Shown here one piece after another: positions 24,638-33,012 of a DNA stretch of 37,075 bases; position 1 is the first letter of the stretch; every line of letters begins with the position of its first letter. The position numbers were made by a program, and so were the translations under genes. The notes under the pieces are model-generated. The model was not told the origin of the DNA. It saw only the letters and a list, made by a program, of their open reading frames with translations, and ran no database searches. The stretch lies in IMG/VR virus record IMGVR_UViG_3300037461_000730, positions 1 through 37,075 of that record; one strand, given 5' to 3'. Source of the stretch: a virus (taxonomy: Duplodnaviria > Caudoviricetes).

Positions 24638-26802
24638 TGGAGCACCCCCTGTTGCGGTGCAGCATTGCCCTTGGGCATCTGCTCGAGGGTATCGGGCACA
24701 GGCTCATTGTCCAGCGACGCATTCAACTCCGCCAGCTTGATGCGGGCGTTGAAGGTGTCGGTGATTTGCTGGAGCGCCGCCTTCAGGCCGTCGATCTCGT
24801 TCTTCATCTGCTGCGTTTCGCTCGCGGACGCGGCGCGGATCTGGGCGGACTGGACCGCAGCTTGCGCCTTGATGGTTTCCATGGATACCGGCACCTGCAA
24901 CTGAGCTTGCGCTGCCTGCTGTGCAATCTTGGCCTGCTGCTGCGCCGCTTGGGCTTTCTGCTGCGCCGCTTGCTGTGCTTGGGGGCTGGAGGGGTCTTGG
25001 AAATACTGCGAGGGGTCAGGCAGGCCGGCCATGCGAACAAGGTCCACCGCAGTATTGTAAAGGTTCTGTTCAGTGACAAGCGTCCCATCCTTCCCGGCCT
25101 GCACGGCCGTCATCTGGGTTTGCATGATGCTCTGGAGCGCCGCCGTTCTCCGCGTTCTCTCGCCAACAGACATCCCCAGCGACACGTTCATGGAATCCCG
25201 GGGGCTCCACTGCTGCGGGTTCGCGGACTGCCACCCCGTGGAGCCCGGAATCACGATGGGATTCTGCTGGTACTGCCTGAGGAGGTTGTGAGTCTTCAGG
25301 TACAGGGGCTTGATCAGCGTCTCGGCGATGATTTTCGCGACCATGGCGTTAAGCTGCTCGGCGGCAGACATCATCCGCTCGAGGCCATGGGCGGTGTCCC
25401 CAGCCAGTGCTTGAACCTGCGCGGCCGTGTCGATCGCGCCGCCGCCCTTATCCTTCCTGACCCTGTCCATGTAGTCCAGAGTCTGGAACAACTGGGGAGG
25501 CACCTCGACATTCGGGACTGGCGTCATGGCGTTGATGTCCTTCATGCGGATGACGCCACCCATGACAGAGGTCAGAACGTCGTCCATGTTGACCATCTTC
25601 TCGACCACTCCGACCCTTTGACGGACATTCCGGCGGGAGGCATTGAGGAGGTCGCGCAAAAGCTCGGTCTTCGTGTCTTGGACAGACTTCAGCTTGTCGA
25701 AAAGGGAAACACCATCCCACGAGTAGATGCCGATGTACGGCACCCCGATGCAGAAGGGCTGCTGGTCCCATGGCTCGTTCAGAAGAAGCTCATCGGTCCC
25801 GTCCGACCCGCCACCAGTGATGATCCTGCGCAGTTCGGCAATGCCATCGCCATCCATGTCGACACGGTAGTAGGCCTCCACCACCATGACTTGGTCGGTG
25901 CTTTTGTCCGGGGATTGCTGGATCCAGTCCGCAGCAGTCCTCTGGCGCGCGGTCGTGGCTTCACTGTTCGCGAAGTCCTCGGCCTTGAGTTCGTTCACCT
26001 CGTCCTTGTCGAAGCCCAACTGAATGAGGTAGGAGCGCGAGACAGGGCGTTGATGCGCAACAAACCGGGCTTGGTCGGCGTCAGGCATCAGGGCGTCAGA
26101 GGAAATCAGGAACTCATCCCGGGGGACTGCACAAATGCGGGGCTTACCCTTCTTCGTGTAGGTCCTCATCAGGCCATTGACCATTCCGGTCGTCTCGTCC
26201 ATTTCGGCCTCGGCAAGCTCCTTGGCCTCGTTCTTGGCCTCCTGCATGATCTGCGGCATCGAGTCGATGGGGACATCGATGATAGGGTGGTACTGGACGG
26301 TGATGAGGTCCTCCCACCATACCTTGATGATGCCCGCCCGACGGAGAAGAGCATCCTTCCCGGCCATGGTGATGGCCATGAACCCGCCCGACGAGTTGAT
26401 GACGTGGTTCACCGCGCGTGTCTCGAGGTCGGTCTGGGACTCGTCCTCTTGGCTCATCGGGACGAACTCGACCGGGGCGGACCCGGTGAATGCCGGGATG
26501 ATTTCAGCCAGCACGGACTCGACTGCATCCCCGACGTCCGTAGAGACTACGGGATTCATGCCGGCATCGGCATCTTCCTGCGTCAGGCCCGGAAGCCGGC
26601 CGTAGAAGTAGTCGACGGCGTCCGCCTGATTCTGGACCCGCTCGTCTTGGTCTTCCACGGCTTGCTCGACCTCGGCTGAAATAAGCTTGAGGAGGTCATC
26701 GTCAGTCAGCCGGTCGGTTGGCTGGGGCTCCCCCCGCTCCTCGCCCACGAAGTCGTCCTCTCCCTCGAGGAAATCATCCTGCTCGTCTGTAACCAGTGCC
26801 AT
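24634..26802 (-). CDS. Portal protein
   Basis: 722 aa after TerL; VVSTDV-x-D-x-VE, KDALL-x3-GIIKVWW, RVD-x-DGDG-x-AELR, Gln-rich C-terminal barrel. Confidence 0.9.
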   Translation of the reverse strand: MALVTDEQDDFLEGEDDFVGEERGEPQPTDRLTDDDLLKLISAEVEQAVEDQDERVQNQADAVDYFYGRLPGLTQEDADAGMNPVVSTDVGDAVESVLAEIIPAFTGSAPVEFVPMSQEDESQTDLETRAVNHVINSSGGFMAITMAGKDALLRRAGIIKVWWEDLITVQYHPIIDVPIDSMPQIMQEAKNEAKELAEAEMDETTGMVNGLMRTYTKKGKPRICAVPRDEFLISSDALMPDADQARFVAHQRPVSRSYLIQLGFDKDEVNELKAEDFANSEATTARQRTAADWIQQSPDKSTDQVMVVEAYYRVDMDGDGIAELRRIITGGGSDGTDELLLNEPWDQQPFCIGVPYIGIYSWDGVSLFDKLKSVQDTKTELLRDLLNASRRNVRQRVGVVEKMVNMDDVLTSVMGGVIRMKDINAMTPVPNVEVPPQLFQTLDYMDRVRKDKGGGAIDTAAQVQALAGDTAHGLERMMSAAEQLNAMVAKIIAETLIKPLYLKTHNLLRQYQQNPIVIPGSTGWQSANPQQWSPRDSMNVSLGMSVGERTRRTAALQSIMQTQMTAVQAGKDGTLVTEQNLYNTAVDLVRMAGLPDPSQYFQDPSSPQAQQAAQQKAQAAQQQAKIAQQAAQAQLQVPVSMETIKAQAAVQSAQIRAASASETQQMKNEIDGLKAALQQITDTFNARIKLAELNASLDNEPVPDTLEQMPKGNAAPQQGVLQ

Positions 26803-28837
26803 AGTCTTCCCTTGCTTGGAGTCGGTTGTTCACCGGCTTCTTCCAGTCGTGCCACCATTCGGACCCGTGCCCGGAATGGCTCTCGGCTACCACGCACATC
26901 AGGCCGAAGGAGTCGGCGCCGTGGCTCGAATTTGATACCAGATACCCGCGCCCGTCAGACCCTCTGACGAAATAGCACTCGTCGCGTTCGATTGTAAGGC
27001 TATGCGCTGGCTCTGGCTCGCCTGTCTCGCTCCGCCCTTGCGTGGTCCTTGCGTCGGCACTCTGGGCTGCACTTTGATGCGAACTTCTGATAGCCGCCGA
27101 ATTCGGCGCCGCACACTTTGCAAATGCGCTTATACCTTGGCTCGGACTTGTGCATGCTCCGGTGCTCGCGCCTTGGAACTGCGGCGAGATTTTCGGGGTG
27201 GTTGTTGAATGGGTCATCATCGACATGATGAACCTCATGCCCCTCTGGAATGCTGCCATGCACAGCCGCATAGACCACCCTGTGTAGGAGCACGGAAGTT
27301 CTCCGGCCGGACTGTCTGGGGTTGCCGATGTAATACCGGCCATGAAGCCTAAACGCAATGCCGCACACAGTGACCCGAGGGCTTTCAGGCCCCAGCTTTC
27401 GCGGGTCCAAAACTCGTCCGTGCTCCGCAGGCTTTTGGCCTCGACGAGGCCCCGTTTCGTAAAAAACCGGTGCTCCGGCGTGCTGCGTATTCCCTTGGTC
27501 GTAATCCATTTGTCTGTCATCCGTACAATGCCAGACCTGATTATGCGCTTATTTCCACACGGTGTCACGACTTCATTATGCACGGCAAGGTCAGCTATCG
27601 CCTTCCATCCGCTTGGCGTCAGAACCTCTGTTGAGCCTTCAAAACACCAGTCATGCTCTGGACCCAGCCCGATGTTCCTCACCTCGTCCTTCTTTTCATG
27701 ATACCAGCCAAGCGCCTCGCGGCCGGCCTTCGTGTCATCGTCGTTGAACCAGACATTCGGGAACATCCGGCGGCCGCACTGAATCCGCGCCATGGCCGCG
27801 CCCTTGCCCTGATTCGGGATGATTGTGGCCTCGTATCCTGCCTTCTCGAAGGCTGACTTGTAGGACACATCATAGACAGAGTCGTTGTTGTCGCCGTCGT
27901 GTGGGAGCCAGATCTGCGCGCGCTCAGGCGTGTAGCCATTCGAGCGGAGCCAGTCCAGATGATGCCCTATGGGCTGTCCAACGGCCTCGTAGTACTTCAG
28001 GCACCGGATTTCCCTCCCGACAAACTGGGCGGCCCACATGGTGAAGGCGTCAGCCCGGGCGCCAGTCCCGCCGATGTCGACAAACAGCCGGACCGTCAGA
28101 AGCTCGTCAGGGCCGAAGCGGCCTATCCTGCCATCAGCCTTGGCTTGGGCAAGCGATCGCGCATAGTAGGCGCCCTCGAGGATGGTGGCGTACCCGCCCT
28201 CCCAGATGTGGTCATACTGCTCGGGTGTCTTGTTCAGGCAGTCTTGGCGTTCCTGCTCCAGCACCGCGGGGAACCACGGGTTCTCTGACCAGTTGACTTT
28301 CAGCACCACGGCCCCAGTGGGGGCTTTCTCTGTCCGCAGGAGGTCATCGACGGCGTCGGTCTTCCTTCTGGGGTTCCAGCCAAACCAAAGCTCGCTCTCA
28401 GGCTCGCGGATGGTCGGGCGCAGCAGCGCGAGGGACCGGTGGCTGAGTGTCTGCGCCTCTTCGATCCATGCCCGGCCATAGCCCTCGAGTGACTTGATGG
28501 ACTCCGCGGTCGCGTCCTGCATGCCGGTGAATGTGATGATGCCGTCTCCCGGGGTCTGGATGACCTCGTTGAAGACCTTGAACCCGTCGGCGCTTCCCAG
28601 CTTGCAGGAGATCAGCTTATCCTCGATCAGGCGCTTGCTTGACTCCTTCAGGGTGCGCTGGATCTCGCGGATACAGACTGAGCGCAGGCCCCGGAAGGCC
28701 AGCGCATGCTCGATCATCAGTTCGGCGAAGTTGTGGGACTTGCCAGACCCCCGGCCGCCATGGGCGCCCTTGTATCGCGCGTGCTCCTGAAACGGCTTGA
28801 ACACCCGGGCCAGCGGCAGGTCGAGGACTCTTCCCAC
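26774..28837 (-). CDS. terL: Terminase large subunit (intein-containing precursor, 687 aa; spliced ~448 aa)
   Basis: Walker A GGRGSGKS, Walker B WIEEA, WNP, HIWEG, LPHDG; HDW|SSHGAD nuclease motif split by an insertion. Confidence 0.95.
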   Translation of the reverse strand: MGRVLDLPLARVFKPFQEHARYKGAHGGRGSGKSHNFAELMIEHALAFRGLRSVCIREIQRTLKESSKRLIEDKLISCKLGSADGFKVFNEVIQTPGDGIITFTGMQDATAESIKSLEGYGRAWIEEAQTLSHRSLALLRPTIREPESELWFGWNPRRKTDAVDDLLRTEKAPTGAVVLKVNWSENPWFPAVLEQERQDCLNKTPEQYDHIWEGGYATILEGAYYARSLAQAKADGRIGRFGPDELLTVRLFVDIGGTGARADAFTMWAAQFVGREIRCLKYYEAVGQPIGHHLDWLRSNGYTPERAQIWLPHDGDNNDSVYDVSYKSAFEKAGYEATIIPNQGKGAAMARIQCGRRMFPNVWFNDDDTKAGREALGWYHEKKDEVRNIGLGPEHDWCFEGSTEVLTPSGWKAIADLAVHNEVVTPCGNKRIIRSGIVRMTDKWITTKGIRSTPEHRFFTKRGLVEAKSLRSTDEFWTRESWGLKALGSLCAALRLGFMAGITSATPDSPAGELPCSYTGWSMRLCMAAFQRGMRFIMSMMTHSTTTPKISPQFQGASTGACTSPSQGISAFAKCAAPNSAAIRSSHQSAAQSADARTTQGRSETGEPEPAHSLTIERDECYFVRGSDGRGYLVSNSSHGADSFGLMCVVAESHSGHGSEWWHDWKKPVNNRLQAREDYGTGYRRAG
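26930..27646 (-). mobile_element. Intein in TerL (239 aa, residues C398-N636)
   Basis: Block A CFEGSTEVLTPSGWKAIADL, block B TPEHRF, block F/G LTIERDECYFV...LVSN followed by +1 Ser; excision restores HDWSSHGADSF. Confidence 0.92.
27000..27509 (-). CDS. HNH endonuclease overprinted in an alternative frame inside the intein (start uncertain)
   Basis: LLHRVVY-x3-HG-x-IPEG-x-EVHHVD-x-D-x2-NN-x2-ENL-x6-EH-x3-H, then C-x2-CG-x-EF...CS-x2-CR zinc finger; frame offset by 2 nt from TerL. Confidence 0.88.
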   Translation of the reverse strand: MDYDQGNTQHAGAPVFYETGPRRGQKPAEHGRVLDPRKLGPESPRVTVCGIAFRLHGRYYIGNPRQSGRRTSVLLHRVVYAAVHGSIPEGHEVHHVDDDPFNNHPENLAAVPRREHRSMHKSEPRYKRICKVCGAEFGGYQKFASKCSPECRRKDHARAERDRRARASA

Positions 28838-29098
28838 TTATGGGTCCACGATGGTCCGGCGGATCTCGGTGACGACCTGCAGTGGATTGTCGGCGTCCCC
28901 TGAGAGCTTGACATCGGTCGGGATGAGCCGGGCGTAGAGCTTGTAGAACTCGGTCAGGTTGGCTTCGGCCCATTCGGCCATCTTGGAAGTGCCGCCCAGC
29001 CGGTTGAACACGGCGAGCATGTTGTCCTTGACTGTGCCTGACACCTTGTTCTGGACCCCTTTGGGCCTTCCTGCTGGCGGCGTGATGGTGGCGGCCAT
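28838..29098 (-). CDS. terS: Terminase small subunit
   Basis: GRPKG-x2-NK, F-x2-LGG, FY-x-LYARLIP motifs; directly upstream of terL. Confidence 0.8.
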   Translation of the reverse strand: MAATITPPAGRPKGVQNKVSGTVKDNMLAVFNRLGGTSKMAEWAEANLTEFYKLYARLIPTDVKLSGDADNPLQVVTEIRRTIVDP

Positions 29099-29337
29099 TT
29101 TTTATAGCCCAAGTAGTTGAATGAATTGCTCAACTATTCGCATGGTGTGAATCTCCTGATAGATACCATGATGGTAGGGAATCGAAGGGCTTTTTGCAAG
29201 CACCGGAAGGGTTTGCCGTCAGCCACACTTCTGAGGGGAGTCTGAGGGGAGGCCTCAGTCGTATCGGGTCGTGCGAAGCGAAGCGGAGAAAAGACCCAAC
29301 AGCAAGACTACACCCGGTTTTCGGTCTGGCGCATGTT

Positions 29338-29455
29338 AGTGAGTGCTCACTTCGCCTGTATGGCCCGTGATTGCTGGGGAAATTTATTTTCAAAATCTCA
29401 CAGAAACCTATTGACACCCATTTTATGCGGCTTCCAGCGATAGTGAGCACTCACT
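29338..29455. repeat. Two 14-bp palindromic sites AGTGAG-nn-CTCACT (29338-29351 and 29442-29455)
   Basis: Exact reverse complements of each other; flank an AT-rich stretch containing TTGACA at 29411. Confidence 0.7.
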
Positions 29456-29625
29456 TTCATCAGGAGGGCAGGCGCAAAAATGCCCGGCAGGCTTGTGGCC
29501 CCCGGGCGTGTCCTTCTTTCAGGATGTCACCGCAGCGCCTTCGGTTCTCGGCATCCTCCGGGTATCCGTTCCTTGTAGTTTGCCCGATCGGGTCGTCCTA
29601 GAGGTTCGCGGATACCGGTTCAGAT

Positions 29626-29853
29626 TCAGTGCTTCAGTTTGTTCAGCTTGCACCATGCCCGGACGTACTTCTCGGGGTCTGACGTGGTGGTCAGGATGGT
29701 GAAGTCTTCTTGGCTCCAGATCAACACCCCCTTTTTACCAGGCCAGACCTTGGGCCTGTCCTGCCGACTCATCATCGTCCGGCGCCGACTGAGGTTGGCC
29801 AGCGCCTTGGCTTCGATGATACCTTGAGATTCGAGTGCTTGCGAGAAGTTCAT
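29626..29853 (-). CDS. Hypothetical protein
   Basis: ATGA overlap, GGAG RBS. Confidence 0.55.
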   Translation of the reverse strand: MNFSQALESQGIIEAKALANLSRRRTMMSRQDRPKVWPGKKGVLIWSQEDFTILTTTSDPEKYVRAWCKLNKLKH

Positions 29854-30104
29854 GCTTCGTCTCTCCTATAGACGCATGTGGGGTCGAAGTGACCGGGATA
29901 GCACGGCCATGACGTTGCCTTGAGATCCTTCCCGAGGACATCGTACCGGCCCTGCTTGTGGTAGTCGCGGATCCACTGCTCGGCCTCTTCCTGAGTGGCG
30001 AAGGTGTGCCGACCTTGGCAGGGAAATGCGAGGGTGCGCCAGCCCGGCGTTGCGGCCGGAACGGTGACTGTCCAGCGGGTGACTGGGGTGACTGCGGTTC
30101 TCAT
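29850..30104 (-). CDS. Hypothetical protein (MRTAVTPV...)
   Basis: ATGA overlaps both sides; F-x-T-x-EEAE-x-W motif. Confidence 0.6.
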   Translation of the reverse strand: MRTAVTPVTRWTVTVPAATPGWRTLAFPCQGRHTFATQEEAEQWIRDYHKQGRYDVLGKDLKATSWPCYPGHFDPTCVYRRDEA

Positions 30105-30499
30105 TGGTCTTTCCTCAGGTAGGGGAGCTTGTTGGCGAGGGCGTTGAGAAACGGATAGGCCACGATCGCGACAAGCACCGCCGGCCAGAACCAGAGCCAC
30201 TCGATGTTGTATGCCAGACCAGCGCCGATACATGCAACGACGGACCCAACGACAATGACAAGAATCCCGACTGGTGAAAGCACTGGGGCGAGAAACTTGG
30301 GGATGCCAAGCGCGACTGATGCCTTGGCTATGCCACGCACTATCCCCCGGACCGCGCAGAATGCGACCCATGCAGCCAAGCACCAAATGCCCATGGTGAG
30401 GATGTTGTTGAAGATGGTTTCAAGCCGGACGCCACCGACTACGAAGAGGATGGCGACCAGCAGGGCGATGATGACGTTCAGACCAGAATCGTTGTTCAT
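30101..30499 (-). CDS. Multi-pass membrane protein
   Basis: About four hydrophobic segments; AGGAG RBS. Confidence 0.7.
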   Translation of the reverse strand: MNNDSGLNVIIALLVAILFVVGGVRLETIFNNILTMGIWCLAAWVAFCAVRGIVRGIAKASVALGIPKFLAPVLSPVGILVIVVGSVVACIGAGLAYNIEWLWFWPAVLVAIVAYPFLNALANKLPYLRKDQ

Positions 30500-30529
30500 T
30501 TTCGTTCTCCTGTGGTTGGGTTGTTGCTG

Positions 30530-30569
30530 CGACAGACATATAGTCTCACGTGGGTGATTCTCCCGTCAA
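30530..30569 (-). promoter_or_regulatory. Putative sigma70-type promoter, copy 1
   Basis: TTGACG-N15-TGAGACTAT-x-T-x-TCTGTCG; same fixed positions as the copy at 32767-32806. Confidence 0.6.
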
Positions 30570-31088
30570 CAACTTTTTACACTTTTCTGAATATTTTTTT
30601 CGCAGGTCGATCAGGTCGTCCCGGGTGTAGTGCTTGGGGTCGTGCGGACCCTCGAGCCACTCGACCAACTCGGCACCGTACCGCAGCAGCAGCCCTTTCC
30701 GGTACTCAATGAGGTTGCCGGATAGGTGGGTGTTGCAGGGCTGACAGCTTTTGTGGCAATTGCTCTCCTCGAACCGGAGTTCGGGGTGCGCCCCGACCGT
30801 CAGGTAGTGCCCGGCATGCCACTGGCCATCGTGGTGGCGCCCACACGCGATGCACGGCCTCCCGGCGTCTCTCAGCTTGATGAAGCGATTGAACTCCTCC
30901 TGCGCCTCCCTGCGTAGCACTGCGAGGGGCTTTGCCGCGGCCACTGCGGCACGGTGCTTGATGCGGTCAGCCTTCTCCCGCAGGATCCTCCCCATGGCGA
31001 TCGCGCAGTCGGCCTCGAGGCAGCAGCGCTGCCCCGGGAGCTTCGGGAAATACTTGGACTGGCAGACTGGACAACGCCGCGCCCTCAT
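30546..31088 (-). CDS. ninG: NinG/Rap recombination endonuclease
   Basis: AQ-x2-FN-x-FI-x-LRD, CIACG, HAGHY-x-TVGA-x-PELRFEE-x-NCH-x2-C-x2-CN-x-HLSGN. Confidence 0.92.
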   Translation of the reverse strand: MRARRCPVCQSKYFPKLPGQRCCLEADCAIAMGRILREKADRIKHRAAVAAAKPLAVLRREAQEEFNRFIKLRDAGRPCIACGRHHDGQWHAGHYLTVGAHPELRFEESNCHKSCQPCNTHLSGNLIEYRKGLLLRYGAELVEWLEGPHDPKHYTRDDLIDLRKKYSEKCKKLLTGESPT

Positions 31089-31450
31089 ATCACCTCCCAG
31101 TGCAGCCGCCCTTTGCGGTTGGTCCTCCGGATGATGCCCTCCCGCTCGAGCCGGGAAATGGCGTAATCCGTGCGTGACTTGTAGGTCCTGAAGGCGTCCA
31201 TGATCTCCCTCGCGGTGAAGGGCGCATTTTTGCGTTTCGCGAAATCCAAAATCTCCGCCCTGTGCTTGGCGCTCGCTTCTTGGAGGGCGAGCCACCCGGG
31301 CCGCGGAGTGTTGAGTTCGTCGGTCCATGGCTTGAGGTTGGCCTGATACAAACAAAACGCTGTGGCCGATTTCCAGCCATTGGGGATACCAGACCCCCAG
31401 CCAAGGAGCGGAAACGCATCCTGACGCGATTCTGATAGCTCCGTGGTCAT
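31085..31450 (-). CDS. Hypothetical protein with C-terminal winged-HTH-like segment
   Basis: FTAREI...AISRLEREGII; ATGA overlaps. Confidence 0.55.
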   Translation of the reverse strand: MTTELSESRQDAFPLLGWGSGIPNGWKSATAFCLYQANLKPWTDELNTPRPGWLALQEASAKHRAEILDFAKRKNAPFTAREIMDAFRTYKSRTDYAISRLEREGIIRRTNRKGRLHWEVI

Positions 31451-31641
31451 TCCTGCGCTCCTGCTGCCCGCCGGATGTCGCCGGCAATCTTCTTGCTGAC
31501 GACGTGGGGGTTCTTCGGCGAGGATGAGCAAGTAATCCGCCGGCCGTTGACGACGAGGATGACATGCCCCGGTGTATCAAGGCGACGGACCTGCGACGGC
31601 GGCACCCCTGACAACTCGATGGCGTCGCGAATGTGCTTCAT
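31447..31641 (-). CDS. Hypothetical protein (MKHIRDAIEL...)
   Basis: Coupled to the ninB stop; GH-x10-SSSP motif. Confidence 0.5.
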   Translation of the reverse strand: MKHIRDAIELSGVPPSQVRRLDTPGHVILVVNGRRITCSSSPKNPHVVSKKIAGDIRRAAGAQE

Positions 31642-32021
31642 CACAGTTCCACCCCCCGATCGGCGGCGGTTGCGTGAAGGAACTCGAGCCAGTCGGAGAA
31701 TTCCCGCTTGGAGAATTCCCGGGTTCTCTGACCCAGCAGCACCATTCCGCCATCGACCCCTTGCGCGACCCGGGGCTGGGCCCTGCGGAATGCTGCGGAC
31801 AGGATGTCCTTCCAGTCCTCCGCGGTGATCTTCTGGAGCATCCCGTTGATGGGCCATTCCAGTTGCCGGGCGAACGCCTCGAGAATCGGCCACATCGCCC
31901 CATTAGCTGCTAGGGTGCGGGTCGGCTCCCCGATGCGAACCACCCAGCCCTCTGGCGCGGCGAGGATCTCGCGACATGCCGCCTTGCGCGCGGCCTCTCC
32001 CGTGATTGTCAGAATCTTCAC
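31641..32021 (-). CDS. ninB: NinB/Orf recombination mediator
   Basis: TRTL-x2-N-x2-MW-x2-L, EDWKD, G-x-DGG-x-V-x-LG-x-RT, FSD-x-LE motifs. Confidence 0.92.
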   Translation of the reverse strand: MKILTITGEAARKAACREILAAPEGWVVRIGEPTRTLAANGAMWPILEAFARQLEWPINGMLQKITAEDWKDILSAAFRRAQPRVAQGVDGGMVLLGQRTREFSKREFSDWLEFLHATAADRGVEL

Positions 32022-32188
32022 TGCTTGCTCTCCTTGGCTCTCCTGCGGTCAATCTCTTCCTGCGCCTCCTTCACGGCTTCGGCGCCGTAGGCTCGGTAGA
32101 GGCCGTTGACCATCTGCTGGGCGGCGAAGATGGTCAGCTTATCCATGCCATCGATGATTTCGGCGGGGGTCGGGCAATTGGACTTCAT
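32018..32188 (-). CDS. Hypothetical protein
   Basis: ATGA/GTGA overlaps; GGAGG RBS. Confidence 0.5.
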   Translation of the reverse strand: MKSNCPTPAEIIDGMDKLTIFAAQQMVNGLYRAYGAEAVKEAQEEIDRRRAKESKQ

Positions 32189-32499
32189 GCCCCAACCTCC
32201 CGGTATTCGATGGAGAGGATGAGGTCGTCGCCGACAATCTCGGTGGAGGTCGAAACGAACCGGCAGTTCCGGGCGATGAAGCGGCCGGCGGCGGCCGCCA
32301 GCTTCTCCTTCCAGTCGCGGACGTCGCCGCACACGTGGAGGATGGTGAATCCCTCGCCACGGAGCTTGACGATGACCCGGTGGAAGTTGTCGGCGCGCTG
32401 CTGCTGGCGGGCGCCGTAGTTCTGGCCGGTCGGCAGCGGGGACTGGTAAGCCCGAGAGGCTTCGGTGATGGCTTGCTCGAGGGTGAGTTCTTGGGACAT
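32185..32499 (-). CDS. Hypothetical protein
   Basis: AAGGA RBS; coupled downstream. Confidence 0.55.
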   Translation of the reverse strand: MSQELTLEQAITEASRAYQSPLPTGQNYGARQQQRADNFHRVIVKLRGEGFTILHVCGDVRDWKEKLAAAAGRFIARNCRFVSTSTEIVGDDLILSIEYREVGA

Positions 32500-32510
32500 G
32501 GTACTTCCTT

Positions 32511-32732
32511 TCAGGCGGTGAGGTAGGAGGTGGCGGTTTCGTACCGGCCGGTTTCGCAGCGATACACGGAGATCACCCGGCAGACCGGCTCCTTGCGGCG
32601 GCCATAGACGTCGCCGGTTTCCACAACGTGGCGAACGGTCTGGCCGTAGGCGATGTTGCTGCCCAGCGGCCAGAGATCCTTGACCTTGGGGCCGGCGGCG
32701 TCGAGTGCTTGGTTGAGGGTGTCGTGGTACAT
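32511..32732 (-). CDS. Hypothetical protein (MYHDTLNQAL...)
   Basis: AGGAG RBS; ISVYR-x-ETGRYE-x3-SY motif of small phage early proteins. Confidence 0.6.
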   Translation of the reverse strand: MYHDTLNQALDAAGPKVKDLWPLGSNIAYGQTVRHVVETGDVYGRRKEPVCRVISVYRCETGRYETATSYLTA

Positions 32733-32766
32733 GGTGCTCTCCTGAGGGTTGGCTGGGTCACTGACC

Positions 32767-32806
32767 CGACAGAGAGATAGTCTCACACGTGAGCCATGCA
32801 CGTCAA
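32767..32806 (-). promoter_or_regulatory. Putative sigma70-type promoter, copy 2
   Basis: TTGACG-N15-TGAGACTAT-x-T-x-TCTGTCG, matching 30530-30569. Confidence 0.6.
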
Positions 32807-33012
32807 GCGGTTTCCAGAAAATTTGTGAGGCGGTCGATGAATTCCTTGTTCGCGGTCATCGCCGCCTGCGCGTAGGGGATCCCTGCTTCGAGGCAGATGG
32901 CCAGACGTTCCTCCATCGCCTCCATGTTGGTTTCGTTGAACTCATCGCGGGTCATCAGCCTGCCGGCCGCGATGTCCTCGATGGTCGGCAGGAATTCGGA
33001 TATGTGCTTCAT
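32803..33012 (-). CDS. Hypothetical protein
   Basis: ATGA overlap with helicase; EERLAI-x2-EAG motif. Confidence 0.6.
   Translation of the reverse strand: MKHISEFLPTIEDIAAGRLMTRDEFNETNMEAMEERLAICLEAGIPYAQAAMTANKEFIDRLTNFLETA

Noticed and set aside
24652-26679. 675-aa + strand ORF
   Set aside because: In-register antisense shadow of the portal gene, expected with GC-rich codon usage; no motifs
27000-27509. HNH as a frameshifted pseudogene or sequencing error
   Set aside because: Both frames are fully open across the region and TerL stays in frame end to end, so two exactly compensating errors would be required
29100-29625. tRNA, CRISPR array or protein-coding gene in the pre-terS gap
   Set aside because: No cloverleaf with a T-loop consensus, no regularly spaced repeats, and the short ORFs lack RBS or motif support
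30546-31088. NinG counted as a fourth homing endonuclease
   Set aside because: Its HNH-like motif is the standard NinG/Rap family in its normal nin-region context
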